A stretch of 64,000 nucleotides of DNA, from IMG/VR virus record IMGVR_UViG_3300045988_180190; one strand, written 5' to 3'. Positions 1 to 7,453 of the stretch are shown here, piece by piece. The notes beneath the pieces are model-generated. The model was not told the DNA's origin. It worked only from the letters and a program-made list of their open reading frames with translations, and did not search any database. The position numbers and the translations under genes were made by a program. Each line of letters begins with the position of its first letter. Position 1 is the first letter of the stretch. Origin of the DNA: a virus.

Positions 1-85
1 GGAATATCTGGTAAATTTAAAAGCTCTGGATTTTTAATTGATTGCATTATTAGGATTTAATAATGCATAAACAAAAGCATATGTC

Positions 86-130
86 AAAAAAAAAAAAACG
101 AAAGACCCCGAAATACTCCGAGATCTTTCG
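86..130 (-). terminator. intrinsic terminator
   Basis: On the minus strand a 12-bp stem (two G-U pairs that would be A-C mismatches on the plus strand) is followed by 13 T. Confidence 0.75.
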
Positions 131-141
131 CTGACCGAGAT

Positions 142-442
142 TCACCAGTCCATTGGCTTCATTGAAACCCTCCACATTTGGGCATTGTTAAGAGGCCTGG
201 CAGGTATGTTGAGTATAATATCGGATAAAATTTTTAATTCATCAAGCTTTTTAACGCTCACCATACAATTTTTCTTGCTGTTCAGTAGCTCTTTTGTTGT
301 AATGTTTTGTTTGATTAGGGTTTCCAAAATTCAAATATCGATTCAAAGTTGCTTCTGCAAGCGGCAGAAATTTAACAGTATTAAAAGGAATTTCATTATT
401 CATGGTTTTAAGGATGCATAGAGAAAAGTAGCCATCAAGCAT
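142..442 (-). CDS. two overlapping short ORFs (63 and 61 aa), possibly one frameshifted small gene
   Basis: ORFs 251..442 and 142..327 overlap in different frames between terminators. No recognisable motif. Confidence 0.2.
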
Positions 443-490
443 AAAATCCTATGCCAAAAGTTATTTTTTAAACTTTCGGCATAGGATTTT
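443..490 (-). terminator. 20-bp hairpin, terminator-like
   Basis: AAAATCCTATGCCAAAAGTT / AACTTTCGGCATAGGATTTT with an 8-nt loop. The single imperfect pair is G-U only on the minus strand. Confidence 0.55.
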
Positions 491-520
491 AATACAAAAC
501 TAAAAATTATTAGGAGACAA

Positions 521-568
521 AAAATACTAGCCCAAAAGTTGTAAAAATAACTTTTGGGCTAGTATTTT
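521..568 (-). terminator. 20-bp hairpin + T-run, terminator of the RNAP gene
   Basis: Perfect stem AAAATACTAGCCCAAAAGTT / AACTTTTGGGCTAGTATTTT. On the minus strand it is followed by TTTTTT. It is a sequence relative of hairpin 443..490. Confidence 0.7.
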
Positions 569-587
569 ATCTATAGTTTAACTAAAT

Positions 588-3500
588 CTACGAATTTCTT
601 ATGCACACAAACACGTGCCCCCATTGGCAGTCTCCGTCAAAGTCCGCGCCAAGTCCAGTGCTAACCAAAGGCGGAAGCAATATATTCTTGCCCTCATGAA
701 ATACAGGCTTAAACCCAAGCATATTATATTTATGCCAAGCTGGAGCTCTGTCAGACACTATCCATCTTCCCTTGTCCACAATTGACTGCATTACATTTTT
801 AGCCAAATCTGTTTTATTTTTTATATGCGTTAATGCTTCCTTTGGAGAAAAACCGCGCTTAACGAGCTCACCCTGAATATATGGAGCATACAGCTCTAAG
901 CCCATTTCGTAGGGTAGTCCAAGCTCATCCATAGATATCTCGGGATTAGCATCAATAACTCCTCTTGCGGAGAAGTCAACAGGTTTACTAATAATATTTC
1001 TATTCCACTGAGAAAATTTTGAAGTTCCCCCAATGATTTTCTGTAAAAATCCGGATACTCCCCTTTGCTTTAATTTTCTGCTATTAGGTTCACCGAAACC
1101 ATATAATGCCTTAAGTGATTTATAAACATTAATTGCATTTTTATTTGCCTCTTCATCACCCAACTCTTCTCGAATTTCTTTTTGTGTATGCGCAGTATTC
1201 AGCATATCCTGATAAAGTTCGTTTGCATCCCCTGGAAGAAATGTACTATCCCCCATAATGGCATAAGGTCTAAACTTAGGAGGTATCACTGGAACCTTAG
1301 ATATCATATATTCCTCTGGACTCATCTTATTTCTTTTTAATCCGTCCAAAGCTAAAATACGATTTAAAGCCTGTTGCTTCTTAGATTTAGGTCCATGACT
1401 AAAATCTTGTTTAGCCTGCTCTAGATCTCTATCTATATTTATATCCTTTAAAGCCTTATACAAAGCTTCTGTTCCAGTTCCGTATTTACGCAGTGTTTCA
1501 TTTCCTGTAATAATATCATTAAAGTCTTTTCTTGTTATACCAAGTAAAGAAATTATTGTGTCTTCAAATGCGGGATTTGGGTAATGCTTATCTAAAGTTA
1601 TTTTACCCCATTTATTAGCTACAGTTAATGTGGGATCAAATAATCCACCTTGCAGTGGACGCATGGTTTTAAAGTCCACAATGTTATCATTCTCAATTTC
1701 GATAGGATTAAATTTATCAAAATCTTTATCCGTGAACGGAGTAGCTTGAAGAGATTCTCCATTGTCAGCTCGCTTAGTATTAATTCCGGCACCTTGCATC
1801 AAGGCTATATATTTATCCCATATAAACGGAGATTTCCTAGCTAAAGTTGGTGTCTGCCCCATTCTTACTTGGCGCCAATAATCGTCATTACGCTGACCCC
1901 TTAATAAGATCGCATCTTTAATTACATTATATGCACCAGAAGATAGAAGAGCATTTACAGTTAAACCAGACATTCTTTTAGATCTCATACCCTCTTCTCC
2001 TCCCTTTACTGGAATCTCATTCTGGTCATAAATGCCTTGACCTCTTGAAGATAATTTTGAATCAGAGGTATGATGCAGCTTAAGAAAATAAGCATTGCCG
2101 ACTGTAATAGGTTGGTCTAATTCTCTATCAATAAGTGGATCATACACAGGCTCTGTATCTGATAAATTATTCTTTTTCAATTCACCCTCTACAAAGTCAT
2201 ACCATTTTTCTGTATTCTTATTGAATGTAGGCAATTTATATTTCTTTCCAGTCTTTTCCGCAACCTTACCAAGCATTGACTCATACATCATATTAGCATT
2301 AACACGTGATACAAGTCCTAGCTGATTAAATAACACATCCAAAGGTCTGCCATCTCTAGTTCTAGGCATATCTTTTTGCGGAATTATATGTGATACAGTT
2401 AACTTATTTCCGGAGCGAGTTGAATTGCCCGAGAATATAGGTTTATTGTGATATCTGGTAAGAATTATATGATATCTGCTATTTACTCCTATGCATACAA
2501 CGGGTCCATGATAATTCTTTAAGGTAAAGCATTTTTCTGTATCTAATTTAGTAAAACATACATCTTTGCCATTTGAATTAAGCAAGGTATCTTCACCGTT
2601 TATTTCACCGTTTATTTCACCGTTTATTCCACCGTTTATTCCACCGTTTATTTTACTGTTGATAGAAATAAATTGATTATCTACACATAATGTTAGCATT
2701 GCGGCAGGTAGTATATGCACTTCACCAGTATCTACGACAGGACATCTGTGATTACTTGTAACGAGTTGCGCCACATTATCATCTTCATATCCATATAAAT
2801 CCTCCCCAAGTAACATATATTTATGTATCTCAGTAACGTCATGCCAGTCCCACCTAATATCCTTTAAATCAGAAGCTACAATAAGTGAGGCAACCCTATC
2901 TCCTAATTTTACATTATTTATATTCTTCCATCCCTCTGAAGTAAGAATATCCGTATCCGGGTGATAGCACATCTTATCTCCCTCCCTCATTGGAGCAAAT
3001 GTTTCTACATTAACCTTATAGCCATCCTTAGTCTTTACTACATCTGTTACTACACCTGGAGTATCGTGATCCCAAACTTGAGAGGCATCGACTCTTGTGG
3101 ATTTTAAATACTTAGAGAGTTTACCTAGATTTGCATCATTTGCGGACACGGTCCTTGCTCTAGTAGAAAGAATCAATGGGTCACCAGGATTAACTGTGGA
3201 ACCAACTCTAATAATTCCATTATCATCCAAGTTAGCCATTTGCTCCTTCTTAAACTTGTCAGGATAAAATGTTTTAAAGTGCTCTTTTCCAGTTTTAAGC
3301 CCCTTATCGTTCTCCTCCATATATTGATACATATGTTGAGAAGTCATCCTATTAGCAAAATCCTCTGACACAACAACTGCGTCATCCATAGACCAACCTT
3401 TATAAGGAACAAATCCAACCCTTGCATTTAGCCCCATATTCAATGTGCCATTATCATCGGTAAAATTTGTTTTAGCCAATACTGGATTTCTCTTAGTTGA

Positions 3501-3983
3501 AGAGTCTCTAGATATTTTATCCCCAGGTTTGACTAAAGGATAATTGGTTAACATTGTTTTGCGATTAAAAGCAAAATTGTTATATAAATTTTTTACCTTG
3601 GTCTGACCTTTGTCATTTTTATACTTAATATAATCCGGAGAAACCTCCAGAATATCTGCAGAATTATCATCGTCATCTAAAGTTACAACACCTGTACGTT
3701 TTCCCATAAAATCCTCATAGGACTCATCTTTATCTGAATTTTTCAAGGACTGTACATTAGGGGATTCACCATTTTTAAGGGGCAATGCTTGAGTAACGAA
3801 TTTATGTTCGTAAAATCCCCTGGCTGCAGTTACAGAATTTTGCATGGGTAATAAATTTAATGTATTCCCAAAAAATTGATTGGGAGATACAAACTCATAC
3901 CTTACTTTATCCGTATCATCAGGTTCCTCAGTTATTACACCGCGTTTTAAAACAGGTATCATTTTATTATTTGATAAAGACAT
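588..3983 (-). CDS. multisubunit RNA polymerase, beta C-terminal half fused to beta-prime N-terminal part, intein-containing
   Basis: Beta motifs: LLPMQNSVTAARGFYEHKFVTQALPL (cf. FLEHDDANRALMG.NMQRQAVPL), GDKM[intein]STRSGNKL (cf. GDKMAGRHGNKG), GNAYFLKLHH. Beta-prime motifs: VPVIPPKFRP, KPVDFSARGVI, DRAPAWHKYN, GADFDGD. Confidence 0.9.
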   Translation of the reverse strand: MSLSNNKMIPVLKRGVITEEPDDTDKVRYEFVSPNQFFGNTLNLLPMQNSVTAARGFYEHKFVTQALPLKNGESPNVQSLKNSDKDESYEDFMGKRTGVVTLDDDDNSADILEVSPDYIKYKNDKGQTKVKNLYNNFAFNRKTMLTNYPLVKPGDKISRDSSTKRNPVLAKTNFTDDNGTLNMGLNARVGFVPYKGWSMDDAVVVSEDFANRMTSQHMYQYMEENDKGLKTGKEHFKTFYPDKFKKEQMANLDDNGIIRVGSTVNPGDPLILSTRARTVSANDANLGKLSKYLKSTRVDASQVWDHDTPGVVTDVVKTKDGYKVNVETFAPMREGDKMCYHPDTDILTSEGWKNINNVKLGDRVASLIVASDLKDIRWDWHDVTEIHKYMLLGEDLYGYEDDNVAQLVTSNHRCPVVDTGEVHILPAAMLTLCVDNQFISINSKINGGINGGINGEINGEINGEDTLLNSNGKDVCFTKLDTEKCFTLKNYHGPVVCIGVNSRYHIILTRYHNKPIFSGNSTRSGNKLTVSHIIPQKDMPRTRDGRPLDVLFNQLGLVSRVNANMMYESMLGKVAEKTGKKYKLPTFNKNTEKWYDFVEGELKKNNLSDTEPVYDPLIDRELDQPITVGNAYFLKLHHTSDSKLSSRGQGIYDQNEIPVKGGEEGMRSKRMSGLTVNALLSSGAYNVIKDAILLRGQRNDDYWRQVRMGQTPTLARKSPFIWDKYIALMQGAGINTKRADNGESLQATPFTDKDFDKFNPIEIENDNIVDFKTMRPLQGGLFDPTLTVANKWGKITLDKHYPNPAFEDTIISLLGITRKDFNDIITGNETLRKYGTGTEALYKALKDINIDRDLEQAKQDFSHGPKSKKQQALNRILALDGLKRNKMSPEEYMISKVPVIPPKFRPYAIMGDSTFLPGDANELYQDMLNTAHTQKEIREELGDEEANKNAINVYKSLKALYGFGEPNSRKLKQRGVSGFLQKIIGGTSKFSQWNRNIISKPVDFSARGVIDANPEISMDELGLPYEMGLELYAPYIQGELVKRGFSPKEALTHIKNKTDLAKNVMQSIVDKGRWIVSDRAPAWHKYNMLGFKPVFHEGKNILLPPLVSTGLGADFDGDCQWGHVFVCIRNS
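2424..2969 (-). mobile_element. mini-intein (182 aa) in the beta GDKM/RHGNKG motif
   Basis: Starts at Cys339 (CYHPDTDILTSEGWK). Block B is LVTSNHRCPV. Ends FSGN followed by Ser521. Removing it restores GDKM-STRSGNKL. Confidence 0.8.
2593..2652 (-). repeat. 5 x 12-nt tandem repeat encoding (ING[G/E])5 inside the intein
   Basis: tcaccgtttatt x3 then ccaccgtttatt x2 on the plus strand. Confidence 0.9.
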
Positions 3984-4042
3984 ATCAACATATTCAACTA
4001 TTTAGCCCCATAGTTCAAGCAATTTTATTAGATGTTATAGCT

Positions 4043-4082
4043 AAAAAAATACACAACCGGTGGATTTCCACCGATTGTGTAT
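4043..4082 (-). terminator. hairpin terminator (family 1)
   Basis: ATACACAACCGGTGG/CCACCGATTGTGTAT stem, then T7 on the minus strand, then AGCTATAAC. Confidence 0.75.
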
Positions 4083-4088
4083 TGCGAG

Positions 4089-4598
4089 CTATTTCCATTT
4101 TTGGGCTGTGAGCTCGATAATTTTCTTTACATTTCCTGGAAGTTGCCCGAACTTCAGGAAATCCTCTAGAGAGGAGGTACTGTATCCTAATGCAACCTCG
4201 ACCCCCCATACGGAGGATTTATAGATTGTCAACGTACGGGGGGCTAGCCCATGTATGACGACGTAGTCGTCGTTGGAGTTTATGTCTGCAAAACCACCAA
4301 CATAAAACTCTCCGCCTAGGTTGGCTTCTCCGCCGATGTGGGCATTATCGCCCACGCTTACGCTTCCGCCCACGTGGGCATTGCCGTTAACGACAGCATC
4401 GCCCTTTATTACGGCCGCGCCGTGTATCTTGGCGTTGCCTTGGATTAGGGCCCAATCTTCTACGCGTGCGTAAGCGGTGACGTACGCGTTTTCCCTGACC
4501 GTTGCGGATGGTCCGATGAAAGCGTCGTGATTGACGCTCGCATTCTCTAGTACTTTTCCCTCTATTACGGGATTTCCATATTTTACATGCTCGTTCAT
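4089..4598 (-). CDS. beta-helix (hexapeptide/bactofilin-like) repeat protein, cassette cargo
   Basis: Repetitive [VI]xGxAxVxG pattern (AKIHGAAVIKGDAVVNGNAHVGGSVSVGDNAHIGGEANLGG). Paralogue of 6716..7234. GC-rich. Confidence 0.7.
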   Translation of the reverse strand: MNEHVKYGNPVIEGKVLENASVNHDAFIGPSATVRENAYVTAYARVEDWALIQGNAKIHGAAVIKGDAVVNGNAHVGGSVSVGDNAHIGGEANLGGEFYVGGFADINSNDDYVVIHGLAPRTLTIYKSSVWGVEVALGYSTSSLEDFLKFGQLPGNVKKIIELTAQKWK

Positions 4599-4733
4599 AT
4601 CAGTAATCTATTTACCTACATCTAAATTTCCCATTTCGCACAGAATATGCGAAATGTCTAGTTGTAGATAAAATATTCCTTTCTAAATATATATACCACA
4701 ATTATATAAATATTTTCATGGGATGTTATAGCT
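4599..4733 (-). promoter_or_regulatory. cassette module A: extended -10-like TGGTATATA + leader stem-loop
   Basis: Conserved block repeated at five other sites. Stem-loop at 4632..4656. Confidence 0.6.
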
Positions 4734-4773
4734 AAAAAAATACACAACCGGTGGAAATCCACCGGTTGTGTAT
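4734..4773 (-). terminator. hairpin terminator (family 1)
   Basis: Near-identical to 4043..4082, with T7 on the minus strand. Confidence 0.75.
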
Positions 4774-4780
4774 TGTATGA

Positions 4781-5119
4781 CTAAAATTTCGCGTCGTGCA
4801 AATCAACGCTATCCAGGTTTACCCCTGCAAGGTTTGCGCCTTGCAGGTTGGTCCCTGTCAACTTTGCGCCCTTCAGGTTGGTCCCCGTTAACTTTGCGCC
4901 CCTCAGGTCAGCGCCTGAGAGGTCTGCATCTGTTAAGTCGGCCCTACTTAGGTCGGCCCCTATGAGGTTCACACCTCTGAGATTTGACTCCATCAAGAGA
5001 GCCAACTCGAGGTTGGCCCCCTCGAGGTCCGCACCCTCGAAGTTTGCCTCTGGTAGGATCACAAACCGCATGTCTGCATTCCTGAGATTTGCATTTTTAA
5101 AATTGAGCCTATTTTCCAT
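4781..5119 (-). CDS. pentapeptide-repeat protein
   Basis: A(D/N)LxG-type repeats throughout (ADLSRADLTDADLSGADLRGAKLTGTNLKGAKLTGTNLQGANLAGVNL). Confidence 0.85.
   Translation of the reverse strand: MENRLNFKNANLRNADMRFVILPEANFEGADLEGANLELALLMESNLRGVNLIGADLSRADLTDADLSGADLRGAKLTGTNLKGAKLTGTNLQGANLAGVNLDSVDLHDAKF
4844..4903 (-). repeat. 2 x 30-nt tandem duplication inside the pentapeptide gene
   Basis: caggttggtccctgtcaactttgcgccctt / caggttggtccccgttaactttgcgcccct. Confidence 0.85.
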
Positions 5120-5253
5120 AACTATAATCTATTTACCCACACCTAAATTTCCCTTCTTACACAGAATATGTAAGAAGTCTAGACATAGGTAAAATATCCT
5201 TTCTAAATATATATACCACAATTATATAAATATTTTCACGGGATGTTATGACT
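5120..5253 (-). promoter_or_regulatory. cassette module B
   Basis: Same conserved block. Stem-loop at 5153..5177. Confidence 0.6.
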
Positions 5254-5296
5254 AAAAAAACAAATCAAGGACCTATTCGAGGTCCTTGATTTGTTT
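5254..5296 (-). terminator. hairpin terminator
   Basis: CAAATCAAGGACC/GGTCCTTGATTTG stem overlapping the last codons of 5273..5644, followed by T7. Confidence 0.7.
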
Positions 5297-5644
5297 GTAC
5301 ACTTTATAAGTCTTTTGTAACTCATAAAGTGATCTATCCTCTTCTTCGCGGGCGCGTATGCGCCTGCCAAGAGATGAAAAATCGCACTCCCTATACATCC
5401 ACGCGGCCCTTCTGGACCCGGACTTAACGATTGTCTCAACCGGGAAGTTCGGTGGGAACTTAATCCCACTTTGCCCCAACTCATAGATACACTGGGAGAC
5501 CAGTGTATCTATCTTATTGGTGTGGTCCGTAAACACGGATAGGAACGAGAGGCTGAAGGCCTCTGCGTAGTTCTGAAGTCGAACTATAAGTTCTACTACA
5601 AGGTTGGACAAAAGAGAATTATATTTATTCGAGTCAATTTCCAT
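5273..5644 (-). CDS. hypothetical protein, cassette cargo
   Basis: 123-aa ORF bounded by module and terminator. No motif recognised. Confidence 0.6.
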   Translation of the reverse strand: MEIDSNKYNSLLSNLVVELIVRLQNYAEAFSLSFLSVFTDHTNKIDTLVSQCIYELGQSGIKFPPNFPVETIVKSGSRRAAWMYRECDFSSLGRRIRAREEEDRSLYELQKTYKVYKQIKDLE

Positions 5645-5776
5645 AATAAAAATTATATTAACTTCACCTATTTCCCATTTATAAACAGTTTATTTATAAA
5701 TGTATGTCAAAGTTAATATTCCTTTCTAAATATATATACCACAAGTATATAAATATTTTCATAGGATGTTATAATT
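5645..5776 (-). promoter_or_regulatory. cassette module C (diverged)
   Basis: Same architecture. AU-rich stem-loop at 5676..5702. Confidence 0.5.
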
Positions 5777-5813
5777 AAAAAAAAAGACCACCAGGGAATA
5801 ATCCCCAGTGGTC
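5777..5813 (-). terminator. hairpin terminator
   Basis: GACCACCAGGG/CCCCAGTGGTC stem followed by T9 on the minus strand. Confidence 0.7.
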
Positions 5814-5822
5814 TCGTGGAAC

Positions 5823-6158
5823 TTACTTGTACGTGAGCAAGTAAATCCCAAAACCATCTATCTTCGGAACAAACAGGACGACCTGTTTGACACGTATTCC
5901 GTTGACAGAGACCCCATTCTCCCAGGGGGTTTTTTTAACCGTGATTTTATTCTCACGGGGGAGAATATACCTTCCGCAAATAGCGCTTGCCATATGTGCG
6001 GCTCTTAATGAGCTGAACATTAGCATAGCACCATTACGGACTAGGCGCTTGAACCGCGCCTCCCCAAGCGGGGATATTTTTAATTCGCCCTCATAGAGGG
6101 ATATAGAATTCTTGTCGGTCACTATTATATTATCAATATTCATAATTGTTCCTTTCAT
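5823..6158 (-). CDS. hypothetical protein, cassette cargo
   Basis: The track ORF starts at 6185 inside the conserved ATGGGAAATTTAG module sequence. The internal Met (MKGTIMNID) at 6158 is the more likely start. Confidence 0.55.
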   Translation of the reverse strand: MKGTIMNIDNIIVTDKNSISLYEGELKISPLGEARFKRLVRNGAMLMFSSLRAAHMASAICGRYILPRENKITVKKTPWENGVSVNGIRVKQVVLFVPKIDGFGIYLLTYK

Positions 6159-6669
6159 TTGGAATTTTATTTCTAAATTTCCCATTTTATATGATTACAT
6201 AAAATGTCTAGAAATAATAAGCTAGCTTCTAATACAAGCTGAAGCTAGCTGGTGTGTAACCGTACAAGAATATAAAAGTGGCAAAGGAGAGAATTGCTCT
6301 CCTTCCCCACCCCTGAGGCATTGCCCCTTGGCAATCCTCAGGAGCCCCGCAATACACAACTTCAGCATAGGATAGCTGTCAGAGACACTCATGTCTAAGA
6401 GAGCCCTTTCCTTATATGTGCACACGGGGCAACCAACAACAGGTATTCCTCCCTGTTAGGTATTGTCCTGCTGGATACAATATACGGTCTCCAGAAGAAT
6501 ACCACCTCTTCTCCTAATTAGGAAAAGAGGTTTTCCTCTCCTTAAGGTACCAACCGCTTACCGCGATTGATACGCAGTTCGGAAAGGAATTTCCGTGAAG
6601 GATCTAAAATATCCTTTACTAAATATATATACCACAAAAGGTATATTTTTTTCATGTAGTGTTATAGCT
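6159..6669 (-). promoter_or_regulatory. cassette module D, split by an insertion of about 400 nt
   Basis: Promoter-proximal part at about 6600..6669. Stem-loop at 6183..6206. Foreign sequence lies between them. Confidence 0.55.
6207..6600 (-). ncRNA. candidate structured RNA / leader element, class unknown
   Basis: Chain of strong hairpins (e.g. CCTGAGGATTGCC-aagg-GGCAATGCCTCAGG, AAGGAGAG-caatt-CTCTCCTT, AGCTAGCTTC...GAAGCTAGCT). G-U pairs favour the minus strand. No credible ORF. Confidence 0.35.
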
Positions 6670-6709
6670 AAAAAAATACGCAACCGGTGGAAATCCACCG
6701 GTTGCGTAT
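6670..6709 (-). terminator. hairpin terminator (family 1)
   Basis: Same as 4734..4773 but with a compensatory A-T to G-C pair (ATACGCAACC/GGTTGCGTAT). Confidence 0.75.
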
Positions 6710-6715
6710 TGTGGG

Positions 6716-7234
6716 CTATTCTTGCCATTTTTTGGCAATGGCCCTAACTACTTCCCTTACGCTCTGGGGGAAGTCCCCAAAGTGTAAGAAAGTTTGTAGG
6801 GCCTGCGACGTACCCTCCGTCGCAACCTCAATGCCCCAGGTCGAGGATTTGTAAACCGCCAGGGGACACGGGGTCAACCCCTGGACGATGACTATGTCAT
6901 CGTTGGAGTTTATGTCGGCGTTTCCGCCGATAAAGCCCACACCACGTAGGAGGGCGTTCCCACCTATGTGGGCGTTTCCTCCTATTACCATATGGCCGCC
7001 TATAACGGCGTTACCATCTATGACGGCATCGCCCCTGAGCGACGCTGACTCACAGACCTCGGCGTTCCCGCCGACGATAGCCCTGTCTTCCAGGGTCGCG
7101 TCGTCCCATATAGACGCGTTGCCCTGGACGACGACCTGTTGCCCCACGTAAGCGTCATGATTGACGCTCGCGTCGTCTTTTATTGTTCCCTCAATAAGAG
7201 GGCAGCCGTACATAATGTGTTTATTGTTATCCAT
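6716..7234 (-). CDS. beta-helix repeat protein, paralogue of 4089..4598
   Basis: Alignable over its full length (GGNADINSNDDIVIVQGLTPCPLAVYKSSTWGIEVA vs GGFADINSNDDYVVIHGLAPRTLTIYKSSVWGVEVA). Confidence 0.7.
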   Translation of the reverse strand: MDNNKHIMYGCPLIEGTIKDDASVNHDAYVGQQVVVQGNASIWDDATLEDRAIVGGNAEVCESASLRGDAVIDGNAVIGGHMVIGGNAHIGGNALLRGVGFIGGNADINSNDDIVIVQGLTPCPLAVYKSSTWGIEVATEGTSQALQTFLHFGDFPQSVREVVRAIAKKWQE

Positions 7235-7368
7235 AACTATAATCTATTTACCTACACCTAAATTTCCCTTCTTACACAGAATATGTAAGAAGTCTAGTTG
7301 TAGATAAAATATCCTTTCTAAATATATATACCACAATTATCCGTATTTTTTCACAGGATGCTATAGCT
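7235..7368 (-). promoter_or_regulatory. cassette module E
   Basis: Same conserved block. Stem-loop at 7268..7292. Confidence 0.6.
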
Positions 7369-7396
7369 AAAAAAAAGAGAAGACCACAGTCTTCTC
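7369..7396 (-). terminator. hairpin terminator (family 2)
   Basis: GAGAAGAC-caca-GTCTTCTC followed by T8 on the minus strand. Confidence 0.7.
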
Positions 7397-7453
7397 TTCG
7401 CTATAACTAAACTGACATCTCCAACGGTTAAAACTCATTGGGTTCTAAGGTAT

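Noticed and set aside
441-588. Possibility that the stop after DFDGD plus the two large hairpins marks a group I intron or a split intein
   Set aside because: The hairpins are simple 20-bp stems with flanking A/T runs, so they look like terminators. I found no P-Q-R-S-like core, no downstream frame resuming QMAVH-like sequence within the window, and the 13 residues after DFDGD do not resemble an intein block A. This stays open only as the weaker alternative in the finding on 588-662.
2593-2652. Short tandem repeats or cassette repeats as a CRISPR array
   Set aside because: The 12-nt units are contiguous with no spacers and lie in-frame within an intein. The cassette modules are about 130 nt and flank genes. 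Nothing has repeat-spacer architecture.
6222-6425. 67-aa ORF inside the module D insertion
   Set aside because: It is Cys/Leu/Gly-rich and spans several strong RNA hairpins. It has no start context, so it was treated as non-coding.
6541-6575. GGTTGGTACC resembling the T-box GGGUGGUACCGCG element
   Set aside because: The match is partial, lacks the following GCG, and sits at the 5' end of the element rather than in an antiterminator next to the terminator. No specifier-loop architecture is evident.
4768-7151. Plus-strand ORFs antisense to the pentapeptide and beta-helix genes (4768..4965, 4848..5192, 6888..7151)
   Set aside because: They are mirror-frame artefacts of GC-rich repetitive coding sequence. 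The sense-strand proteins have clear repeat-family signatures.
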